NCBI GenBank assembly: GCA_963698545.1 | Contig: CAVORG010000036.1 | Span: 78,931 to 102,930, forward strand | Length of the DNA stretch: 24,000 nucleotides | Origin: an uncultured Planctomycetaceae bacterium | GTDB taxonomy: Bacteria > Planctomycetota > Planctomycetia > Pirellulales > Pirellulaceae | Direction of reading: 5' to 3' | Part shown: one piece after another, positions 8,605-16,819 of the stretch | How positions within the stretch are numbered: position 1 is the first letter of the stretch | How the letters are laid out: each line of letters opens with the position of its first letter | The notes under the pieces: generated by a model | The model's database searches: none | Told to the model about the DNA's origin: nothing | What the model saw: the letters and a program-made list of their open reading frames with translations, nothing else | Position numbers and translations under genes: made by a program

Positions 8605-9636
8605 ATGCACGACATCGACGATCTGCGGCCCGGCGCGGCGGCCTGCCTGTTTACCGATGACATGGCCGCGGCCCGGTATTGGCTGGAGGAGCAAGCCTCT
8701 CGCAGCGACGATCTGCGGCTTGTCCAATGGAGCTGCACACGTCTCCCGCCGCTGAGTCGCCTAAGCGACGCCTTCCTGGCGACCATGGCGGAAGCCGCCT
8801 GGATGCTCTGGCCCGACTGGCCCGACGACTCGCCGCCCGCCGAGGACTCGTCGCCGAATAAGACGCCGGATCGGCAACGGGAAGTTCACGCCGCCTGGAG
8901 GCGAGCCGCCGCAAGTCGGTGTGAGCGAGGGTTGTCGCCGATCCTGAACAAACACTCTTCCGCAATGCAAATTCGTCAGCTCGCACGCATCCTGGCCGCG
9001 CGCCGGCTGGTGTTTGTGGTGATTGTTGAGGATCCGAGTCCGGAGACGGCCAGCCTCTTGGCGCTGGCCCGCGGCTTGGAATGGCTGGCGCGAGAGTCCC
9101 AAGCGGGCGTGCTGGCCGTGTTGCCGACATCGTTCAAGGAGCACGACGCCCTGGACAGCATCAGCTTCGCCGAGCTGTCGTCGAGCCCGGCAGGGGCTGC
9201 GAGCGAGTCGCCAGCGGCAGACATCCAGGATCGCTCGGAAGAACGCAAGCATGTGCTTTGTCCGGTGATCGGCCGCCCCCATCCGGGCAGTCCGGGAGAG
9301 CAACTGCTGGCCGGGCAACTCTCGGTCGATGAGGAACTCGCCGGACAATTCGAATTCAATCAGCGAGTCGTTACGCGATCCGACAGCCGCTATCTGGTGG
9401 ACCTGCTTTGCCGAGCGGGGCGCCTGGTGGTGGAGGTCGATGGATACGGTCATCATGCGTCTCGGTCGGCGTTCAACTCCGATCGCCAACGCGACTACGA
9501 GCTGCTCATCAGCGGCTACCAGGTGCTGCGATTGCCGCATGACTTCGTTGTGCAGGACGTGGTGCTGGCGGTCGCTCGCATTCGCGAAGTATTCCGTTTC
9601 CGCCTACGCTCCCTTGGGCAAGAGGTATGGTCATGA
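8605..9636 (+). CDS. Protein with an unknown roughly 240-aa N-terminal region and a C-terminal DUF559 / Vsr-like endonuclease-fold domain (operon gene 1)
   Basis: ORF 8557..9636. The first ATG is at 8605; TTG 8557 and GTG 8596 are alternatives. The C-terminus is PHPGSPGEQLLAGQLSVDEELAGQFEFNQRVVTRSDSRYLVDLLCRAGRLVVEVDGYGHHASRSAFNSDRQRDYELLISGYQVLRLPHDFVVQDVVLAVARIREVF. It follows the DUF559 pattern (SxxE..L, F..Q, Y.vD, l.vE.DG..H, DR.RD..L...G..VLR). The stop TGA 9634-9636 overlaps ATG 9633 of the next gene. Confidence 0.75.
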   Translation: MHDIDDLRPGAAACLFTDDMAAARYWLEEQASRSDDLRLVQWSCTRLPPLSRLSDAFLATMAEAAWMLWPDWPDDSPPAEDSSPNKTPDRQREVHAAWRRAAASRCERGLSPILNKHSSAMQIRQLARILAARRLVFVVIVEDPSPETASLLALARGLEWLARESQAGVLAVLPTSFKEHDALDSISFAELSSSPAGAASESPAADIQDRSEERKHVLCPVIGRPHPGSPGEQLLAGQLSVDEELAGQFEFNQRVVTRSDSRYLVDLLCRAGRLVVEVDGYGHHASRSAFNSDRQRDYELLISGYQVLRLPHDFVVQDVVLAVARIREVFRFRLRSLGQEVWS

Positions 9637-10455
9637 GTTTCGAGCCGGACAGTTTTCAACGCTTGTTGCTATTGCGATTGGCCTTCACCGATGAAGGCGG
9701 CGAATTCCTCAAGGACCTGGACATCAAGTCCATGGTGGCGCCGCGGCGCAAGGCGTTGCAGCGGGAGGGGCTGACCGAGGAAAGCAATCGGAAACCAGCC
9801 GACGGAAAACGCCCTGTGACTTTCATCAGTCTGACCGAGAAGGGATGGGCCTGGTGCAACGCGAATCTGCGCGACTTCTGCGGCGATGTGAAGCGGCCGG
9901 TCAAGATCATGCTGCCGTTGATGTCGGCCCTGACTCGCAGCATGGCGGACTATTTCCAGCGTCCCGAGGCGCCGGCCTCGCTAGGCGAGTTTGTTCAGCA
10001 GTCTCTGGAAGCCCGCGCCGTCGCGGAGCGGCGCCATCGGCGGCCGACTCATCGGCGGCCGACGCGGCGCCGGCCGACGCGGCGCCGCGGCCGACTCATC
10101 GGCGGCCGACGCGGCGATCGCCGAGACGGCGGCGTCTTCAGCGACCGAAGCCACGGGCGACGCCGAGGTCGAAACGGCGATCGATTTACCCCAAGCGATC
10201 CGCTCGGCTTGTCTGGACTTGACCGCGGGTCGCGTGAACGTGCGGGTGCGTCTCTCTGATCTGCGCCAACGCTTGTCCGGCGCCGCCAAGACCGACGTGG
10301 ACCAGACGTTGTTGGCCATGGAAACCAGGGGCGAGTTGTCGCTCTATCGCCTGGACAATCCGCAAGAGATCGGACCGGACGACCGAGACGCCGTGTTGAG
10401 CACGCCCACCGGCGCCGAACGACATATTCTGTACTTTGGCGGAGCCTCCACATGA
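9633..10455 (+). CDS. Hypothetical two-domain protein with an acidic Ala/Asp/Ser/Pro repeat linker (operon gene 2); two frame breaks in the linker (about 10027 and 10086)
   Basis: ATG 9633 overlaps the gene-1 stop as ATGA, with AAGAGG 7 nt upstream; ATG 9627 is in frame as an alternative. N-terminal half, from ORF 9627..10259: MSFEPDSFQRLLLLRLAFTDEGGEFLKDL...VTFISLTEKGWAWCNANLRDF...SLEARAVAE. Linker in the frame of ORF 9845..10222: AAPSAADSSAADAAPADAAP. C-terminal half in the frame of ORF 9991..10455: ADSSAADAAIAETAASSATEATGDAEVETAIDLPQAIRSACLDLTAGRVNVRVRLSDLRQRLSGAAKTDVDQTLLAMETRGELSLYRLDNPQEIGPDDRDAVLSTPTGAERHILYFGG. Both halves look winged-helix-like; this is my inference with no search behind it. 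Confidence 0.55.
10042..10116 (+). repeat. Direct repeat of a 28-nt unit inside the gene-2 linker, with a 13-nt partial copy between
   Basis: ggccgactcatcggcggccgacgcggcg occurs at 10042-10069 and again at 10089-10116. ggccgacgcggcg occurs at 10072-10084. The full copies are offset by 47 nt, which is one short of 48, so they fall in different frames. This is consistent with a 1-nt deletion between them. Confidence 0.8.
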
Positions 10456-13400
10456 ACGAGTCAGGGGCTTTAGCAGCATTGGCCGCGGCGCAGTTCGACT
10501 GGGCCATGCAACTGCAGGAAGTTTGGAACGATGCAACCGTCGACGTTCCTCGGATTCACGCGACGGCGCGGGGGAAGATCGCCGCGGAACTCAAGAGCTT
10601 GGCGTCGCAGCGGCCGACCACCTCGCCGTTGGGGCTGGTGTTGGTGGGACCGGGCGGTTGCGGCAAGACGCATCTACTCGGCGCTGTGCGGCGCCTGGCG
10701 GCCGCTCAAGGCGCCTGCTTTGTCCTGGTCAACATGACCGATGTTCGCGACTTCTGGGACGTCGTGCTGCAGGGCTACATCGACGCGTTGCAAACGCCTT
10801 ATGTCAATGGGCGGTTCCAATACGAAGCGCTATTGAAGCGGTTCATCCAGGGCGTCTCGTCGGAGGAAAAGGCGGGCAAGGTCTTCGAGCGTCTGACGAC
10901 CAAAAAGTCTGTCGCGCTGGGCAAGGACATCAAGCAAGTCATCGAATTCCTGCGGCGCCGTCATCCGCGGGAAACGCTGAAGCATCAAGACGCGGTTCGC
11001 GCGCTGATCTGTTTGAACTCCACGGACATCGACACCGCCAGCGCGGGCTACTCCTGGCTGCAAGGTTCGGAGGTCGACGCGGATCTGGTGCGGCAACTGG
11101 GTTTTCAAAAACCTCAACAACAACAACGATCCATCATCGCCGCGCTCTCCTGGTTCATGAGTCTCAGCGGTCCGACCGTGATCGCCTTCGATCAGTTGGA
11201 TCCGATTGTGCATCAGGTCGGCCGCTATCGACTGGAAGGCGACGAAGCCGCCCAGGACGGCCTGGCGACGGCCCGCGCGATCCTGGAGCAAATCGCCGGC
11301 GGCCTATCCGGCATGCGCGACACGGCCACCAAGTCGTTGATCCTGGTCTCATGCCTGGAAAGCACTTGGAATCTGTTGGGCGAAATGGCTCTGCAGACAT
11401 TCCAGGATCGCTTCCATCCGCCGGTGCGTTTGCAGAGCAGCAAGGACGACCAGGCGGACGCATTCCGCGCGATGGTCGCCGGCAGGATGGCCCGCGGCAA
11501 TCAACGCGCGAAGTACGACCCGCCTTATCCCACGGCCCCGTTTCGCACCGAGGCGTTTGAAGCGCTGGCCAACTCGACGGCTCGCGAAGTGCTCAAGCTC
11601 TGTGAGGAGCATCGCCGCCGTTGTCTCGAGGCGGGGCAACTCAGCGAGTTGCTCACGTTCGAACAAGCCGCACCCTCTCCGCCCCCAACGCCTGAGGACC
11701 AAGACGAATGGACCTCGTTCGACCGTGAATTCGAACAACTGAAGGCGGCGGCGAACCCCGATCAGCTTGTGGATCCCGCGCATGAAGACGATCTGATGGC
11801 GCCGCTCTATCGCACCGCGATGCAGTGCTTTGTGCACGAGCATGAATTGCCTAGCGATGTCAACGCGTTGGTGGAAAGCGAATTCGCCGGCGGCAAGACG
11901 ACCGTCCCGCTTCATGCACGCCTAAGGTTTGTGTTCTTGCAGCAAGGAGGCAAAGAACAGCATTTCTGCGTGCGAGTGTTGCAACGCCGCCATCACGCGG
12001 CTTACGGCACCCGGCTGAAAGCCGCGATGACGCAATCGGGCATCGACAAGTCGCTGCCTTTCCGACGGCTGACTATTATCCGCACGGGCGAGACGCCCGG
12101 CGGCCCGAAGACCGAACAACTGACGGCAAGATTTCGAGCGGCGGGCGGCAGGTTCCATGAACCGGCCGAAGACGAGATCCGTTCGCTGGCCGCGCTGCAA
12201 GAGATGGCGCTGCGGAACGCGCCCCGATTCACGCTCTGGCTGCGACGCCGGCAGCCGGTGACGCGGTTGAGGCTCGGCGAAGCACTCGCGCCCGACTCGC
12301 CCTGGCAGGACTCGCCGCTGGCGGCGGACACGCTCGCTGGATCCAGCATCCCGCCAACCAGTACGACAACGCCGACCAGCACGACCACGCCAACCAGCAC
12401 GGCAACGGAAACGGAGGAAGCGGTCGCGAAAGCAAAAACAAAAGAACGGGCCGACGACGAACCGGCGGCGACGACGGAACCCACGGGCGGTGCAAGCAAC
12501 TCCGGCCCAGCAAGCGTTGAACCCGCCACGACGGCCTTTGCGCGGACCGGGCGGCTGCCGTTGGGCAGTCGGTTGTTCGGCCAAGGGCGGCTGGGAGAGG
12601 TGGAGTCACTGCCGCTGGCGACGCTCGCCAAACACGTCATGATTCTTGGCGGCGCCGGGTCGGGAAAATCCGTGACGGTGCGGCGACTGGTCGAGGAGGC
12701 GGCGTTGGAGGGCGTTCCCTCGATCGTGATCGACTGTGCTCAGGATATGGCGCTGTTCGACACGGACTGGGACCAGCCGCAGAGCACCTGGCGAGACGGC
12801 GACCCGCAGCGAGCTCGCCAGTTGCGGGAGACGATGGAACAGATCGTCTGGACGCCGGGATCGCTAAGCGGCGGCAATCCGTTGAGCCTGCGGCCGCTGC
12901 CCGATTTCACTCCGGTCAAGGACGACGACGAGGAACTGCAGGATGCGGTCATGATGGTGTGCGACGGGTTGGTGCATCTGGTGGCCAAAGGGTCCTCGCA
13001 GAAGTCCGAACTGAAGAAGGGGATCCTGGTCCACACGCTCAAGCAATTCGCGCGGCAATGCCCGGCGGGCGGCTTGCAGGGCTATATCGATTTCCTGAAA
13101 GAGCTTCCGGCCGACGCCGGACTGGGCATTAGCTCGGAGGCGAAGCTGGCGGCGGAAATGGCCGAGAGCATCATGGTGGAACAGACCCGGAACCCCTTGC
13201 TGGCGCAACAGGGCGCGCCGCTGGACCCGTTGGTGCTTTTTGGCGACGACAAACCCTCGCCGCGCGTTCGCGTCTCGGTGGTCAGCCTGGTGAAGCTGAA
13301 GGGCGAATCGGCGGCCCAGTCGTTTGTGAACCAGTTGGCGATGATGCTGTTCTCCTGGATCAAGGCCAACCCAACGCCGCCGGCGGGTCGCGCCTTACGG

Positions 13401-13823
13401 GGCTTGTTGGTGATTGACGAGGCCAGGGATTTCGCACCTTCGGGGCGAACCACCCAATGCAAGGAGAGCCTGATGCGGCTGGCGGCGCAGGCGCGAAAGT
13501 ATCGTCTGGGCCTGGTCTTCGCGACGCAGCATCCCAAGGATGTGGAGACGAAGATCGTTGGCAACTGCGCAACGCACTTTTATGGACTGAACAATTCGCC
13601 GGCGTCGCTGGCCACCCTGAAGGACTTGATGGCGCAGAAAGGCGGTGGAGGCGACGACATCGCTCGCTTGAAACCCGGCCAGTTCTATGTCCACAACGCG
13701 GAAGCCGGCCATCGAGCGCCGCTGAAGATCCAAGTGCCCCTGTCGCTGTCGTACTCTCCCAGCAACCCCTTGGATGAACAACAACTGATGGCCAAGGCCG
13801 CAGCTTCCCGTGAGCGGTTGTGA
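10452..13823 (+). CDS. 1123-aa tandem P-loop NTPase: N-terminal AAA-like module plus C-terminal HerA/FtsK-like (DUF87-type) module (operon gene 3)
   Basis: Intact ORF. ATG 10452 overlaps the gene-2 stop TGA 10453-10455, with GGAG 7 nt upstream. Module 1 has Walker A GPGGCGKT (10647-10670) and Walker-B-like VIAFDQLD (11178-11201). The linker is IPPTSTTTPTSTTTPTSTATETEEAVAKAKTKERADDEPAATTEP. Module 2 has Walker A GGAGSGKS within HVMILGGAGSGKSVTVRRLVEEAALEGVPSIVIDCAQD (12648-12671) and Walker B LLVIDEARDF (13404-13421). It then reads ARKYRLGLVFATQHPKDVETKIVGNCATHFYGL, the HerA/FtsK/VirB4-type pattern. Confidence 0.85.
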   Translation: MNESGALAALAAAQFDWAMQLQEVWNDATVDVPRIHATARGKIAAELKSLASQRPTTSPLGLVLVGPGGCGKTHLLGAVRRLAAAQGACFVLVNMTDVRDFWDVVLQGYIDALQTPYVNGRFQYEALLKRFIQGVSSEEKAGKVFERLTTKKSVALGKDIKQVIEFLRRRHPRETLKHQDAVRALICLNSTDIDTASAGYSWLQGSEVDADLVRQLGFQKPQQQQRSIIAALSWFMSLSGPTVIAFDQLDPIVHQVGRYRLEGDEAAQDGLATARAILEQIAGGLSGMRDTATKSLILVSCLESTWNLLGEMALQTFQDRFHPPVRLQSSKDDQADAFRAMVAGRMARGNQRAKYDPPYPTAPFRTEAFEALANSTAREVLKLCEEHRRRCLEAGQLSELLTFEQAAPSPPPTPEDQDEWTSFDREFEQLKAAANPDQLVDPAHEDDLMAPLYRTAMQCFVHEHELPSDVNALVESEFAGGKTTVPLHARLRFVFLQQGGKEQHFCVRVLQRRHHAAYGTRLKAAMTQSGIDKSLPFRRLTIIRTGETPGGPKTEQLTARFRAAGGRFHEPAEDEIRSLAALQEMALRNAPRFTLWLRRRQPVTRLRLGEALAPDSPWQDSPLAADTLAGSSIPPTSTTTPTSTTTPTSTATETEEAVAKAKTKERADDEPAATTEPTGGASNSGPASVEPATTAFARTGRLPLGSRLFGQGRLGEVESLPLATLAKHVMILGGAGSGKSVTVRRLVEEAALEGVPSIVIDCAQDMALFDTDWDQPQSTWRDGDPQRARQLRETMEQIVWTPGSLSGGNPLSLRPLPDFTPVKDDDEELQDAVMMVCDGLVHLVAKGSSQKSELKKGILVHTLKQFARQCPAGGLQGYIDFLKELPADAGLGISSEAKLAAEMAESIMVEQTRNPLLAQQGAPLDPLVLFGDDKPSPRVRVSVVSLVKLKGESAAQSFVNQLAMMLFSWIKANPTPPAGRALRGLLVIDEARDFAPSGRTTQCKESLMRLAAQARKYRLGLVFATQHPKDVETKIVGNCATHFYGLNNSPASLATLKDLMAQKGGGGDDIARLKPGQFYVHNAEAGHRAPLKIQVPLSLSYSPSNPLDEQQLMAKAAASRERL
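12354..12407 (+). repeat. Three tandem 18-nt units encoding (PTST[TA]T)x3 in the inter-ATPase linker
   Basis: ccaaccagtacgacaacg / ccgaccagcacgaccacg / ccaaccagcacggcaacg, in frame within the 1123-aa ORF. Confidence 0.85.
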
Positions 13824-13831
13824 AACGCCCT

Positions 13832-13861
13832 GCAAGCCGCTCAAGGATCTTGCCGGCTTGC
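13832..13861 (+). terminator. Imperfect hairpin immediately after the operon stop codon
   Basis: gcaagccg...cggcttgc forms an 8-bp outer stem with an inner caag/cttg pairing. It starts 9 nt after the TGA at 13821-13823. No T tract follows, so it may be a non-canonical or bidirectional terminator, or nothing. Confidence 0.3.
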
Positions 13862-14125
13862 CCCGTTGGGACGAGCCCGAATGGCGTGAACTTACGGCGA
13901 ACGAGGGGGCGTGAACTTGTGGCGCGCTGGCGGGGAGCAGCGCTCCGCTGGGACAGGCCGGACAGGCCCAGCGGTGGCGGGAATCTGCCGGTAAGTCGCG
14001 CTTTGCTTCATGCCAGTTTTAAAGGGCTCGCCTCCCGGTGACGGCTAGAATTATGTCGGCCCTCCCGGTCTCGGAGATCGCAGCGACGCCTGTTGGAAAA
14101 TCTGGAAGTTATTTTTCGGGCGCCA

Positions 14126-16819
14126 TTAAGGCTTGGCAATCAGCAACTTGGCCAACGTTGAGGCGAGGTCTTGCAGCGAATTCTCATTGGGCAGCGTGAA
14201 GCGGACGTTCAGTCGGCCTTGATCGTCGCGTTCGACGCATTGGTCCAATCCAGCCCGAACTTCGTTGACCATCTGAGAGTCCGGAGCCCCGCCCGTATCC
14301 AGCAGCTCGCCGACCAGCTTGAGCGCGGCGCCGAGCAACTCGCCGCCGGCGGCGGCCACCTTGTCCCTCCGCGCGGCGATGATCTGAGCTTCGGCGTGCA
14401 CGGCGCGCTGCTGGGAGGCGTCGATCGGCGCGGCCGTTGGCTGCCCTAACAACTGTTCCAAGCGCCGCTTCAATTCGTCAATCCCGCCGCGCATCTCCAC
14501 CTCGGACACATTGGAATCGACATCCAGCGCGGCCAACGCCAAATCATGCTTGGCCGACAGCGTCCCCAGCAGTCGCTCCTCGATCGTGTCTTCGGTGACC
14601 AACAGATAAACCTGAACGGGATTTTTCTGGCCCATGCGATGAGCGCGAGCGATGCGTTGTTCGAGAACCGCCGGGTTCCACGGCAGATCAACGTTGATGA
14701 TCGTATTGGCTGCCTGCAGGTTCAAACCGGTGCTGCCGGCGTTGCTCATGATGATCGCTTTGCAGTCTTTGTCGTTCTGAAAGCGATGCACCAACACCTG
14801 TCGCTTCTTTTGGGGCACCTTGCCGTCCAGGCGCACGAAATCGAAACCGTTCGTGGAAAGCACGGGCTCGATCAGGTTCAGCATCGTCGTCCACTCGCTG
14901 AACAACACCAGCTTGCGGTCTCCTTCGGCGGCGAGCTGCGCCAAGAGCTCATTCAGGTGCTCCAACTTGCTGCTGTAGGAAGGCTGCTGCTTGTCCACGA
15001 GAAACGTGCTGTTGCAGGCCATGCGGGCCATGAGCAGGAATTTCTGCAGTCGCAACAGGTCCATCTCGGTGAGAAACTTCTTGCGGGCGATCAACGCGGC
15101 GCGCTTGACGTACTCGTCGCTAAGAACATGCTGCTCCTCGGTGGGCCGGATGCGCAGGATCTCGGTCGTGCGTTCGGGCAGTTCCCGCATGACGCTCGCG
15201 CGTGCGGCGCAACAGGATGGGTTTTAACTTGTCGCGAAGTTGGTCCAGGTTGCGATAGCCTTCGACTTTTCCTCGTTCATCGACAACGCGGTGGCGATTC
15301 AGGAAGCGATAGGCCGGTCCCAGGCGTCGGTCATCGATGAAGCTGACGACCGTGTAGAGCTCCTCAAGTCGATTCTCCAGGGGCGTACCGGACAAGACGA
15401 GCGCAAAGGTCGACTTCAGCGTCTTGATCAACCTCGAGGTTTTGGATTCCCAATTCTTGATGCGTTGTCCTTCATCCAGAATGATCAAATCCCACTTCTG
15501 CATCTCGATGGCCGAGTGATCGCGGAGCACCTGCTCGTAGTTGCAGATCGTGAAGAACGCGGCGGATTCATATTGCGCCGCGCGCTCCTCGCCGTTGCCA
15601 AGCACGATTTGGCTCGTGCGGTCGCTGAAGCGACTGATCTCGCTGCGCCACTGGCTCTTCAAGGACGCGGGACAGACGATCAACACTCGCTCGATGCCGG
15701 CCAGGCGGGCCAGCAATTCGGCGACGCCGATCCCCTGAATGGTCTTTCCCAATCCCATGTCGTCCGCCAGGATCGCGCGGCCGGCTTGGGCGGCGAACGC
15801 GATTCCGTCCAATTGATAGGGCAGCAATTCGGCGTGCAGCAATTCCGTGCGCAGCGGATGCCTGGCTGGATCTCGCCGGATCTCTTCGGCGGCTTGTGCG
15901 ATTCGTTTCTGCAGCAATCGTTGCTCGATGAATTCCTCGGCGTCAGGATAAATGTGAACCGAATGGCCGGCTTGTTCGAGCTTTCTCATTCGCTTCAGCA
16001 GATCATCGACGTTGTCAAAGACGCCCTCGGCCAAGGGTCCGAGGATCTTGCGGACCTGATCGTCCAAGCGAGTGGGCAGGTTGAAGTGCAGCCCCAGTTC
16101 CCGGCCGTACTCCAGACGGAGCGAGAGGTTTTTTCGCCGATAGGGCTTCGCCAGCGTCTTGTTCGGAAATCGCTTCTTGATCTTCTCCTGGGCGTGCAGA
16201 ATATGTTTGCACGTGCCGAGATGATTGGTGCGAAAATCGGGACACGAGCAATAGGACATCCCCGGCTCCAGGCCTCGGAGCGAGACGCGGTAGGTTCGGC
16301 CCGACATGTGGCTGGTGACCGTGTAATCCGCCCAGGGAACGTCGGGATTCAAGGAGCGGAGCGTCATCTTTTCGGCGGCGGCGCGCTCCTGCCGGTCGGC
16401 CAGGCGCGGTGCATCAACTCGTCTTCGGTCAACAGCTCGATCGGCTCCGAGGGATCGGGAGGCGCGGCGAGGCCGAGCGTCAACTTTTCCTCCAGCACCA
16501 TTCCCAGGACCGCGGCGATGTGGTCGCAGCAGGCGTTGCAGACCTCGCAGTGCAAGTGCAAGCCCTTGGGCTTGGCGGCCATCTCGGTGACGATCACGTT
16601 GGCTCGCCCCTCCGGCGCGCCCGGGTCCGGCACGCTCACTCGCAGCGTGTCGCCGCCAAGATAAACGTCGCAGGACGGGTCGATGTCGTACAGCCCGCCG
16701 CGTCGCAGACGGGCCTCGCCGTCTTCGTCCCCCATCAAGCGACAGGCCGCGCGGTAGGTCAGCTGGCCCAGTCGCTCCCGAATGCCCTTCCGCCGCTTCT
16801 GACTTCGCGATCGCACCAT
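14126..16819 (-). CDS. SNF2-family helicase with a SWIM zinc finger (about 897 aa); two frame breaks (about 16399-16405 and 15196-15206)
   Basis: Stitched from ORFs 16364..16819, 15120..16946 (only its part from LADRQERAAAEKMTLRS onward is real) and 14126..15190. The junctions are ELMHRA|LADRQERAAAEK and KPILLRRTR|..VMRELPERT. SWIM motif: YCSCPDFRTNHLGTCKHILHA. SNF2 motifs: LADDMGLGKT, ILDEGQRIKN, LSGTPLEN. Helicase-C motifs: LVLFSEWTTMLNLIE, QRIARAHRMGQ. GAGAGGA lies upstream of ATG 16819. Confidence 0.85.

Noticed and set aside
10042-10116. Phase-variable (contingency) repeat switching gene 2 on and off
   Set aside because: The units are 28 nt and 13 nt imperfect direct repeats, not a simple-sequence tract. 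The frame breaks also match the window-wide single-base-deletion pattern.
15240-16664. 474-aa plus-strand ORF, plus 14546..15340 (264 aa)
   Set aside because: Both are antisense to the SNF2 helicase, whose motifs are clear on the minus strand. They are high-GC artefacts.
8605-16819. Assignment to a known system (DISARM, BREX, Dnd/Dpt, Ssp, Zorya, Druantia, Gabija, Lamassu, Wadjet)
   Set aside because: The hallmark partners are absent from the window: no methyltransferase, PglZ, DUF1998, PLD nuclease, DndB-E, SMC-like coiled coils, MotAB-like genes or Toprim/OLD domain. This rests on by-eye motif recognition only and needs profile searches.
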